From NCBI GenBank assembly GCA_965112155.1, contig OZ218101.1: a stretch of DNA of 64,000 nt, one strand, 5' to 3'. A model generated the notes under the pieces. That model saw nothing but the letters and a program-made list of their open reading frames with translations. It was not told where the DNA came from and did not search any database. The stretch comes from Podarcis liolepis. Its lineage: Eukaryota. Both the position numbers and the translations under genes were made by a program. Below, in pieces: positions 41,001 through 53,854 of the stretch (the first letter of the stretch is position 1; each line of letters starts with the position of its first letter).

Positions 41001-42797
41001 CACTATGAAAAGCAACAGGACGGGCTATACACACAATATATCCAGCATATCATTCAAGTTATTCCTGTGGAAATAACGCACTAAACTCATTGATGCAAAG
41101 CAGCATGCGGCACATTTGGTTTCATTGTAAAGCAATGAAGTTGGTTGGTTATCAATAGCTATTGCCCTCAGTAAAAGTGTGCCCTACCTCTAAAAACAGA
41201 TGCATAATTCAAAACTACATGGAAGAGCATCATGCTGCGTTGATTGCTTTCAGATGGGACATCTATCTGCCATAAAGTAAGAAACCTAACTACCATGGTG
41301 GTAGTCCTGGAAGCATAACTGGGCCTGTGTTGGCACTTGGAGGAGAACTGTGTGGTGCTTAGTAATTTAACCCCTCTATAGAGTTTGCGAAGATATTGCA
41401 CTATTGGGCTATTCAGTGTAAAAGTACATAGATTAGGAGTGCACATTTGTTGGCCTCCTTACAGGGTGCTTTCATGGTTAAATCTATGTACTGTAGTTGC
41501 CATGGTGATACAACTATTGCTGTGGATCACTTCTGATCCATGAACAGAAGGAGATTTTGTTCACAGAAAGAGAATTGCGCTCACGTTGAAAATGCCCGTT
41601 CTGTGAGCACAAGCTTTCTGTGATTACAGAACAAAACGTTACGATCAAAACTGGTACATATATTACATTTGTGATATGAGTAAAGATTGTGTGCTGAGCA
41701 TATCTGTACTGTATTCATAGTTGAATACTTGTCCTAAAACCCTTGGCAGACAAGTGTTACTCAAATTTGACTTGACTAATGTAACTAAGACCAGCCACCT
41801 CCACTATTTGTCATTTAACCTTTAGTACAGCCTCATATATGATAACCACATTTCACGCCACAGATATTTTGCTAAAAGAACAATAATTATGTGTCACTTG
41901 TTGTAGGCTTTTCCATAAGAACAGGATTATCCCCTTCAAAACTGATTTCCCATAAGGTGAAACAAAAAACGAAACAAAGCCCCAACCTATTAATTGCTTA
42001 CCGTGGTTCTGATTCTATCAGAATTAAGTATCAGAGTAGTATTGTATTACCTGATCCCTGAAATAATGAAAACTAAAAACTAATCTGCCATCGAAATGTG
42101 GTAGTGATTTTTTAAAAATTACTTGAGTTCTTTTCCCTACGACTGTAATTGCTTTGTTTACCACCGAAAAATACATGAAATAAACAAGCTGATCTATTTG
42201 TTGTATAGTACTTAAACCAAATGAGTTAGGGTAGATTTATTAATGTTTGCCATTGCACATACATTATTTTGAAGCATATTTGTTTTCTGCTAATTTTCTG
42301 TTGATTTTATTTTTATTATTTTTCTCTTTTCTTTGTACTTTCTGTCAATAGCTACCTCTTATGACCTTCAGGTAAGAAGCTTGCTTAGTTGTTTCTTTCC
42401 TTTGAAATGATGAAGGCTCAGTGTAGTGTCAATCAGACTGTGCCTCTCCATACTGAAAGCCTTTTATGATGCTTTAAAATGGTTGTTAACCGGGTCGTAC
42501 CTCAAACCCTTCAACCAATTGCACATGACATAATCTCAATTAAGGTAGCTTAAGGGACAGTTGTTCTGAAATGCAATAACTTACAATCTGATAAGCAAAT
42601 ATTATTCATTGCATCTTTCATCTTTTCTTCCTGAAACTGGAGAATATGATATATTCTTTATTATTTTATTCAAAATCGTTCAAGAAACTAAAATTCAAGG
42701 CCCAAACTGTATTGTGAAAGTTCCAGTTTTAAGACATGTTGGGATGGAACAAGCCCATTGGACACTGATTTCCACTTAGCAATGATTCCAGCATCCT

Positions 42798-43733
42798 TGT
42801 AAGTGGGAAAAGAACTAAAGGTCAGGGGGTTGGGGGCTGGTAATTTTTCTAGAGATGATTGATTATAATTGCAGTTCCTAAGACCCCAGTCACTGAAGTT
42901 AGAAAGGGGTAAAGTGAGACATAAGGATATGAGGGATAGTTGGGGAAAGAGAAAAGGAGTTTGGCAATGGCCATTTACCTGGTCCAAGGGTGGCCGGCTA
43001 TTGCGATCCAACACAGCCGCTCAGATGCACTTTGGAGCCTTGTCATTGCTTCCCGGCTGTTGGCCGCTCCCCCCAGCTGCCACAGAGCATCACAGATTCC
43101 CGCCTAACCCGTTTTTTAATTCATTCAATCTGCAGCTGCCTGGGGGATTGTTTGTCTTTGGGAGTGGAACTGGAGACCACAGTTTTCACTCTGTTCTGTT
43201 CCCCAGGCATTAAAGCTGGTTGGCACTGCACTCTGAAGATGAGTTGGCCAGAATTATCATGTATAAAGAACCCTGTGGTGGAGCAGAGGGAAGTGAGAAA
43301 GTATGACAGGGCACAGGAAAAAATAAGTGAGCAACACGGGGTGCAGAGAATTCTGACAGTTTTGGAAAGACAGAAGAGGCAACTGTGATGTGATAGACGA
43401 CGTGTGCTATGGAGTGCAGAGAGATAGGAGGGAGTTTGTGCTGTGGTGTAAAAAAAAAAAAAGATGGTTAACGTGAAGGGGACCTTGGGAATTCTGAGAT
43501 TCTGAAAAGTAGAAGATATACAATATGAAGCACAGAGAAAGGGGGTCTTAACTGATAAGGAAAGGACTAAGTTAAAATTGTAGCATAAATGTGTTAAATT
43601 CCGTAACTCAGGAGTCAGCCCTCTTGAGTTAATAAAAATACATAAGCTACCTTCGGTTCTGACCCCTGGCATTTGGCATTTGTGTTTAGTAATACTCCTC
43701 TTTAGCTCAATCAGCTGGGAATGTAGATTAACA
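42798..43733 (+). mobile_element. Possible solo LTR
   Basis: TGT...ACA termini, TATA-like gtataaag at ~43261, AATAAA at 43631, composition distinct from the flanks; TSD unclear. Confidence 0.4.
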
Positions 43734-43757
43734 CATACCGTAAGTAACAGAATAAGT

Positions 43758-44115
43758 AAGGGACACGGGTGGCGCTGTGGGTTAAACCACAGAGCCTAGG
43801 ACTTGCCGATCAGAAGGTTGGTGGTTCAAATCCCTGTGACGGGGTGAGCTCCTGTTGCTCGGTCCCTGTTCCTGCCAACCTAGCAATTCGAAAGCATGTC
43901 AAAGTGCAAGTAGATAAATAGGTACCATTCCGGCGGGAAGGTAAACGGCATTTCCATGCACTGCTCTGGTTCACCAGAAGTGGCTTAGTCCTGCTGGCCA
44001 CGTGATCCAGAAGCTGTACACCGGCTCCCTCAACCAATAAAGTGAGGTGAGCACCGCAACCCCAGAGTTGGCCATGACTGGACCTAATGGTCAGGGGTCC
44101 CTTTACCTTTACATT
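43758..44115 (+). mobile_element. Full-length Sauria (POM-type) SINE
   Basis: gggacacgggtggcgctgtgggttaaaccacag head, aagtagataaataggtacc core, (accttt)n tail; perfect 13-bp TSD taacagaataagt at 43745-43757 and 44116-44128. Confidence 0.92.
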
Positions 44116-44130
44116 TAACAGAATAAGTGG

Positions 44131-44347
44131 AATCATAGACTCTTAGAGTTGGAAGGGACTCAACCCCCCTGCAAAGCAGGAATCTTAGCTAAAGCATCCA
44201 TGACGGATGGCCATCCAACCTCTGTTTAAAACCTCCAAGGAAGGAGAGTCCACCACATCTTGTGGGAGTCTGTTGTACTGTTGAACAGCTCTTATGTCAG
44301 AAAGTTTTTCTGAATGTTTAGTCAGAATCTCTTTTCTTGCAACTGAA
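44131..44347 (-). mobile_element. CR1 3' end fragment
   Basis: reverse complement of the CR1 3' UTR (aatcatagac..agagttggaaggga..cctccaaggaaggagagtccacc). Confidence 0.75.
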
Positions 44348-46865
44348 CTTATTTTATTTTCGTATTATGCCATCCTTGCTCTCATTTGCAATACAGCTAT
44401 TGGGGAAGGATTTAAAAAAAACTGCTATGAAAGAGAGTTAGGGTTGTATCTCAGAGCATTTCCTATCTAAAACAAGTTATTTCTTTTTCTTTCTCAAGTT
44501 TACAACAATTTCTTATTTTCCACATGACAGATTTTACAAATGCTTAGTGCAAAATTCTGAAGTTAAAACTTGCATTGCAGTTCCTGAGTTAAATTCTTGT
44601 CATGTTCACACATGACCAATAAACAAAACTCTAGCAATGGAGCCAAGCTTTACATGTGGGGCAGCCTCAGTTTTTCTGTGGATCAAATGGGACAACAAAA
44701 ACAGGCTATATGAAAAGAGGTGTTAAAGAAGGCACAATCCACTTGCTGCAACTGGTGTCATCAGTGGTCCATACTGTTCTTCTGTGGTGTCTGTAAATAA
44801 TATAAATCACAGAGTAATACTCCTCTGATCATTCCATTGATCAGGCTGGAGATAGCAATATCTGAGGATGGAAAACACTAACAAATCTAGAAGAAAGATA
44901 AAACATGTAGGGCTAATTTTATGCCAATCCTTCCCCACCCCTTCAGTCTTTTGTGATCAGTATCTCTGTCAATCACATCCACAATATGTCACAAACACTT
45001 TCAGTTGAATCCAGAATTAGATGCACAAGCAAAGAGCTCCTCCAGACTATCTTGTTTATGAATCCTGATTTGCTTGTGCAAAGCACAGAAGGTTGGTTAG
45101 ACTGTGTCCAGTTATTATTCAGCATTTCTTCTGATTTGTTTGTGGGGAGATTATATGAAAATCTATTCATCTTCATTTGCTTGTGGGGTGTTTATATGTC
45201 TTTTCATTGATCAGTTGTACATTCCATACTTTTCAATGCATTTCTCTGTCGCTTTCCTAACTGCAAAAAGTCTGTTATTTTTTAAGTGTGGATGGGTTGC
45301 TGCAGGGGGGAAAGTGCTCTAATCTACTTCAGCTGCGCAAACTTATATATCTCACTTTGTACTTCAGTCCTTCCCACAAAATATTGACAATCTGCAGTTA
45401 CCCAAATTTATAAAACTCTTGTCTTCTTGTCTAGGTCTTGGCTAAAAAAGAAACCAACCCTGACATAGAAGATTAGGATAATTTAACATTTATATATTGC
45501 ATTCACATACATTGTCTCAGTGATTCATACAAGATCTCTGAAAGGTAGGCCAGTATTAATATCCCCATATTGCACCTGAAGGTTTGAAGCTAAGAAAATA
45601 GTAGCTTAGCTAGGGCCATCATAGGAGTTCATGGTTATGATTTGAATCAGGAACTTCTCAGCTCACATCGTTAGGCAGTTTTCTACATCAAAATTTTGAA
45701 CGCAAACAAATTCAGTTTCCATTGCATTTTTAGGGAAGCACTCCTAAATTATAAAGATGTAGCCACAGCATATATATGATGGCAAGCTGTGAGGTGCCAT
45801 TAACTCTAACTGTAGACACGTTGAATTGTTGTGGTGGTATATTTTTGAGGCATTTGGTTATGAATCCTGTCAAATCAAAGCAGAAAGACATATTTGCCTG
45901 CCTCTGATTTCAGTAATTTGCACATTTAAAAAAACACACAACTATATTGTATTTGTGCAGACTAGAAAGCAATTCTTGACTTAGATATTTTATTGGAGCA
46001 TTTTCTGTTTGGAGAAGACACTCTTCCTGCAGCAGTGTGTGTGCACTGATATGTATACGGAGCTCCAGTGGCTCATATATTTCAGTTTAAAAGATTTTTG
46101 TGGCAGGAACTCTGTGTGCTCATTGAAGCCTGGTGCCCTCAAAGAGTATAGGATAAAAGTTCTGCAGTGTCATCCTATGTGTGTTTACTTGGAGGTAAAT
46201 TGAGTTTGGTGGAACTTTCCCCTAAGTAAGAGTGTTTAGGAATGCAGACTTGATAGGTTAGTCCTCTTCTATTAGATCTTTTTGCCAAGCACAATGGAAG
46301 GATTCTTTAGACAGCCTCTCTTCTCTCATGGTTTGAATTGTGAGCCAATTATAAAATATATATAGATACATTTAAGCAAACAACACTCCCATTTCAACAT
46401 GCAACAGGGCAATGGGTGTGCCCTTGGAAGTGCACAATACAGTTCTCATCACCTGATTTTATACAGTTTTTGCACGATATAGATGATTGACTTTAAATTT
46501 GATATTAATGTGACAAATTAATTCGGAAGCTGTATATTGATTGTCACATGATTATCTTTTTATATGTACCTGTGCTGGGAATTTGTAACTTACCATGACT
46601 TTTCACGTTATATATGTATATGTATAGAAATATATGTATGGGGGGGAATATATGCATACACATATATAAATATCTGCATGTTGCAAAATACATGTATGCA
46701 TGCATAAGGATTGCTCAAGGATTGCTCAATCTACACATTTCATGCCTTTTCTGTAAGGAAATAATTTCAGTAAAATTTTGCCACATTTGAATAGTTAAAC
46801 TTCTTAAGCCTTGTCATGGACTTTGAAACTAATTTAGGCTGATGTTTTTCAAACTATGCAGTTAA

Positions 46866-47087
<222 letters not shown>

Positions 47088-47930
47088 TAATTAGGCGGTC
47101 AGCAAATTTCACAAAAGGAGAGTATCCTGAATAGAACTCAAGGGATATATTGCACATATTTAAAAATAGATGGACACTGGGAAATGCTGTACACAAAAGA
47201 GGTTCGAAGAAAGAAAGAAAACTTTAGTTTCTCAACAACAACAAACATGTTTAACTCAGTTCCCGTTTTAATGAAGAGTTAATCTGCTTCTGGTCCATTC
47301 TGTGGTAAATGAAGACATTATCCATAAGCCTGGTGATGTCACAGATATTTAGATACTATCATATTGCTTTGTGTACTTCAGAATATGAAATAATTTTGCC
47401 CAGTTTTCAAAATTCTCATAGGAGTACAGAATTTTTTATGTATCCAGGTACCATGCTCTGAGAATTCCCTTTTTGCCAATACATAGTAAATAGTGTAATG
47501 ATAAATTGATTCCTCAGACACCAGAAAGAAATCCATTATGTTCCTTAGCATCTTTCTGTTGATATGGCAGAGATCCTCTTTATGTTCTGTTGCTTGTCAT
47601 TTTCTGTGTCCCCCCACCCCCGCTCCCCACTTTCCTCCCCTTTGTTCTTGGCTTGTTTCTATCACAGCTACATATACACCGCTTTAGGAAAGTTTCTTGG
47701 GGAAGTTCCAAAATCTCAAACCACCACTAATTCAGAGCAAACATTCAAATTAGTCAAAACACCAAACAGAGTGGTTTTCAGATATTTTTTTAGGGAGTTT
47801 CCCACTGGTCTTAAAATGAAGCTATTAGGGTTTTTATCTAGAAATGGCATCTCAAAGTACAATGGTATCTCAGGCATGTTCTTTAAAAGCTAACAGCACA
47901 AGACGAAGGGTACTTTGTTCCTCATTCTGA

Positions 47931-48170
<240 letters not shown>

Positions 48171-51100
48171 AAGAAAATGATTTTGCCTCTTTGTGGCACT
48201 TCAGACCTTTATCAAGTACACTGAGTAGCTTTTATATCGACTGACAGGAGATCTATTTTATTGTTTATGATATGAGTAAAGTAAAAATTCCATTGTCATT
48301 GTGCGAATAAATACTTACATACTTTTTACGCTGCTGATGCTCAGTTTATGTTTACGTTTACAAACACTGGCTACGATCCAAAGGAGGAATATGCACTCGT
48401 GGGACAGAATCCTGCACATTTTGTTTGATATTGGTGCTGAAGAGTCTAAACTACTTTTAAACCGAAGAGAAACACATGCATGTTGCTTTCCTTGGATCGT
48501 GACCATTGTCGTTAAGGATTAAAATATATATATTTTAATGAGTATATATTTTGGAGGATTACATTGATTTATCAAGTGAAAAGATGGCACAAGAACAGTG
48601 TTTTATTACTGATTGTCAAATATGTTTCCTATTTTAATAGTATCTTAACTGTTGTAATGAGTTACACTTTCAAAATACAGCCTTTGTTTTGGCCAGTGTG
48701 GGAATTAAACTTTTATATTTGGTGGAATATTTTAGATATTTTAAAAAACGATAAAAAGTATAATGCTGTGATTAGGATTGCATTTTAAAAAACGGTCAGG
48801 GAATAAGAGGGGTAAACTGGACTTTCATAAGATAGATTATATATTAAACAGTCAAAGTTTCGTTTTTCCAGTCTTTTGAGGGATGGTTAACAGACAACCT
48901 ATAGCACAGATTTAATTTGAGGATAAAGGGCTCTCCTTGTTTCAGTAATGGCAGAGACCTGACTGGACAATATTATTGCCCTATGTTGGCCTCTTCTGAC
49001 TCTTTTGCAGGAAAAAAAATATTGTACTGTTAACCAAAAGTTTCCATTCAGTGATTTTTTTTTAAGTCAAACTTTAAAATGTTTCAAATGTGCCAGCTCA
49101 CGTAAATTTCTGCTTTAAATATGAGATGTTCTGAAAACTCTGGTAAATAGGAAGGGGGCATAGGTGGGTAGGTTCAGCACATTATCAAAATACATAAATT
49201 TCCATACACAATTAATGTGGTTCTCAGTTCCCTTAATAGGCTGCTTTCCTACATAACACAAAAACATGTCATAATGCTCCATGAAAAGGCCCCATGAGCT
49301 TGAGTAAAGAGTTAGGCTCATAGATGCCTCCATCCCTTCTCCTTCTCCTGTAAGCTAGAGGAGGACTTGTGACTAGTTTACTTCCACTTTTAAAGAATCT
49401 TGGATTATAGTCATGTTCAAACCATATATCCTGATTTAAAACAAACTCTGGCCAGTTTCCTAATAGTTCAGCTTCAAACAATGCATTATGAAGCCAGAGT
49501 TTCTTTTAAACTAGGATCCCTGGTTTCAACATAACTATAAGCCTAGATACTTTAAAAATGAAACTATGCTTGCCAGAAGTCATCTTTCCATATGGAGGAG
49601 GTGGGGGAGGTGGAATACATATGCCTGACATCACGCTCGTTAAAGCTTCTCCACACAGCAATAAACTGTGGCTTAGCATTATATGCAAATTCAGTCATAC
49701 AAAATTCCCAGAAATCATTATTTGAGCAGAAAGAAGGCTCAATGGGATATTCCTCTATCCAAAACAAGATCCGTATTGATACAGAATTACTTGCATGCCA
49801 TGTGAAACGGATTATTATGTTAGCACAAGTGGCATGACTGTAACCAGTGGCACTTTAACGTTTCTTCTCATTCATGCGTTCCTCAGAATCCATACAATGT
49901 TTCTCCCAAACTATTGCACTCCTATTTATTTTTCCATTGTCATCCCATTGTCTGATTTGCAGGTAATCTTTGAGTTTCCAGTGCAAGAGGTCCAGTGCAG
50001 GCCTTTCCAGATGTGAAACAGTGCCCTTGCGATGTGGAGGTGTGGCTTGTGATGTGCATGGCGATCGTATGTTATCCCACCCTTCTGTCTCTTCACCATT
50101 AACATTTTGGGGGGAAATACCATCCTTTGCTATGGAGCTCCTGGAGTTGAAAAGGTAGTAAATTTAGCTAGAGAAATTAGGGTTAAATGGACACAGGCCT
50201 TTTCCATTTTATCTTTTTATTTTGGAGTGCACAGATGAAGGGGGTGGTAGCCTTATCAATTTCCACGTTCAATATAAATGCATACACACCTATAGTCTGC
50301 ATCCTTGAGCATGCACTAGAATGCATATACCTTCTGGTGTGTTTTTGAGGGAGGAGATGAAACTGACGCGCTGCTTGTCTAGTTCAGTTCGTTTTGCATT
50401 CTCTCTCGGAGCATATGCGAGCAAGGGTGGGCAGACGAAGGTCAGCAGCAGGAACTGATCTAAACTCTTGGTAACAGGAAGTAGCTTTCCCTCTCCTTGG
50501 AATATCAGGGGAGGTAGTGAGGGAGAGGGTGCTGCTTACAGTGGCCGCTTGTAGTTTCCAAGGCAGCAGTAGCAGCACTGGACACTCCAGTGTTGGGAAA
50601 GGGAAGGTTGAAGTTTCCTTAGCATAGCTAAGCCATCTGAGGAAGGTAATGCATGAGAGCTACATGTTGCCTGTTCACCCTCAGTCAGACTCGCCCTTGA
50701 ATGACATTAGCAAAAATCTTTGTTTTGTGCTGATGATGTTTGGGAGATACTAGGAAGCAAAGTTCATTCCTTACACCTCCAGAAGAATGTTAGGTACCTT
50801 CGTATCATGAGACCCTTGTATTGCAGGGGGTTGGCTGCACTCTACATGCTTGCCACAAAATTGGTCTGGAGATGCCCCATACAGTCAGCTTCCCAATAAG
50901 CAAAAATACTACAGAAGTTGCAGCATTAATGATTAAACCCATCTGTGCCTGCCTAGAGATGCCCTCTATCTATCAGCACCTTAATTTTTGCCAAGACTGA
51001 GCATGACAAAAGAAAAAGTCCTTGTGGCTTCTTAATGCTTTTCTGCAGATGGGAGAAGTTGAGAGATGAGCTGATAAACCCCCAAATGGGATACATCTTT

Positions 51101-51530
51101 TAAAACCATTCTTTCTTATGAATTGTACTCTCTCAGCTAGCTTCCAGCTATAGTCTGTTCAATGCAGTGAATGTACTTATAAACATTTAAGAGCACAATT
51201 ATTTTCTGCTCTTGGGACTAAAAGAAGGATCAAAGGATTGCTTGTTTCTTTTCAGCTGCATTTTGGATTCCAAGCGTCTTGCAAACTTTGCACAACTGTA
51301 CAGGAGAGTGGCCTTTTTACAGCTAATTTTACGTAAATCTGTATTCAATTAAGACTGAATGGCAATTCATACATTAAGATTTGTATGAATTTACAGGTCC
51401 GGTCAACTATTTATATCATCTATAAGAATCTCTTTGTATAAACAAATTATTTGACTGCATGATTTGTTTGTTATAACTTGTGATATTTTGTATATTTCTC
51501 ACATAAAAATGCTTGAACAACGATCGTGTT
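48171..51530 (+). other. CNKSR2: Probable 3' UTR of the long CNKSR2 isoform
   Basis: follows the stop codon; AATAAA at 48306; U/TGTA-rich block at ~51280-51500 ending in variant signal CATAAA at 51502; the end point is inferred. Confidence 0.5.
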
Positions 51531-53854
51531 AATTGTTCCTAATGTTGATTTTTGACTCCTGCTGCATCCCCCCTCTACATTTTATGAATTTATAATGTAC
51601 ATCAAGTGATATTTCTAGACATAACCATAGCCTTATGGTCAAAATCAACCTGCAACAGGATCACTTAATAGTTTAATAAGGACTCCTGCATCGTACCAGA
51701 ATTGCATAGTATCCTGCATAGAAATACGAAATGGCCATAGCCCACCCAGAATCCTGAAACGCCCACTAGTGGGCGGTAGGGACCAGGTTGACAACCTCTG
51801 CTCTAAACCATCTCCTTGTGTTCCTAATTCTTTAATCTGTAGCTTTATAAGATTCTTGTAGGTTGTGGATTACAGCTTTATGTTGTAAATTGCAGGCAAA
51901 CATTTCTCTGGGTAGAAAGGTGAAAGATCAGTGTAGACCTTTACCTCACATGTTTCTCCTACACAGAAAGCCCTTCCTTCATTGATAAAGTATGAAGGTT
52001 ATATCTAGTAGATACATATGCTAATGTTTGTATTTAGTTCAATGTACAGCTGTGAAGCTGGGGCTACTCAAGGCTTTCCAGTAAACAATCTGAAAAGGTG
52101 TGACCAATCATAGCTTCTTTCACACACAGGATTAAATTCACATGTGTGTGATCATCTGACACTGTTGCTCTTATTTTATTAATTGAATTATCCTGCCACA
52201 CTGTCTCACAGTATCCACAGCATGGATCACAGCATAAAATACAATAAAAGCACAGTCCAATACAGCATAATGAACACAAACCAAGAACCTAAAACTTAAA
52301 ATAGAAAAAGGAATATGTATTGCAACAGATAACATTAGACATTCCTGGAATTTTTAAAAATGTCTGTACTATTTTCCTAAAGTTAAAAAAATATATTCAT
52401 GAGCTACATGTTTCTTCCTACACTGAAGCTTCTCTGTGGAAGAAAAGGATTACAAATGCAGTACAGTTAGGAGTCTTTTAAATTTATACAAGGAACTGGT
52501 GAGTTTATGGGAAATTGAGGATCCCCAGAAACTTTAGAATGAGTGCCCCTCCTTGACCCAGTTGGCTGTGCAACACTGGTACAGAGTGAGACCATGCCAA
52601 CAAATTCTTAGGATTGGCCTATAGGGCATCTTATAGAACTGCATCCTGTTGCTATGCAACAGTAATTCTGCCTGCATGTTATCTTGCTGTAGACAGTGTT
52701 TGTGACTTCGTTCCAAGCATAAAATTCAGCCTCATCTTGTAAGACTGTCTGGCATGAAAGAGTGCCATCTTTTTTTCATTGTGCTGCCTTCTTTGTACAT
52801 TAGACTGAGAAGTGCTTCTGTGCATCTTCGGTGCTTTCAAACTAAAGGGATATGCTATAAAATAGATTGTGTTTGAAAGCGAATATTTAAAATTATAAGG
52901 TTAAGTTACAGTCAGATTTCACACTCTGAAATCAAATACCATATCTGCAAGTCTGTGAATGAGGCATGGCTTAAAACTACTAAACCCCATCCTACCCTGG
53001 CAGCAATGCAGAAAGAGGCTGCTGATGCCTTTTTGAAGTCAAAGCAGAAAATTCCTTTACCTCTTCAAACAGAAATGCATCGTGCACAATATACCCATGG
53101 GCAGCTTTTATAAGTGTGCTAAAGCACAGAGTCATTCAGCAACTAGAAACAAACATCTCCATCCCATTTATGGTCCTAAAGGGCACAGAGTACAGGGTGT
53201 TATTTCTCGAATACAAGATACAATTGTTTCATGTTCCACTCAACCTTATAATAGTTAGACCAGCTGCTAACTCTTTGCCTTAGTTTAGAACAACTGTGTC
53301 AAAATTTCACCAATTAAAATGGAAAGCATGACAGAAATTTAAGGAGTGCAAAGTTTTGTTTGCTTTTTTGTGCAGTTTGCAGTGCTTTCCCCCATTCTGA
53401 AGCTTTGGCACGACTAAAAAAATGAACTGGGATCATGTGGACAATACAATAACATCATGCAATTATGCAGCCTCTAATTCCTGTATCAAATGAATACCTG
53501 CTTCAAACATAAAGTGAAGGTATGAAGAAAGAGGCATATAAATGGATTCTTCCATTCTATTTTTTTTACTACAGTATGCCTCTTTCTTCACACCTTCGCT
53601 TTATGTTCTGCAAATCAGGTATTAATTCACAGTTATTACTGAAAACAAAACAGTTGTTTATGTACAGCTCTTATTGGCAACAAGTTCTTAGTCTTTGCCT
53701 GTTTTACTCTGTGATTTGAAATACAAAATTCAAGCCGATTTACTGATTCACAATATTATCTCTTAATATAGAATGGGACAACATTTTTAATATTTAGACA
53801 TTCTGGAGATGTTACGGAATTGTCCTTGCAGATCATTTTATGGTGAGTTGTTAC

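Noticed and set aside
42688-43672. Cluster of 108-183 aa ORFs
   Set aside because: No domain-like features; they fall within or overlap a probable LTR/repeat and occur on both strands
45435-45476. Possible phase-0 terminal exon VLAKKETNPDIED* after tcttcttgtctag
   Set aside because: An acceptor-like sequence alone is common by chance; it is directly followed by a MIR-like relic and has no supporting motifs
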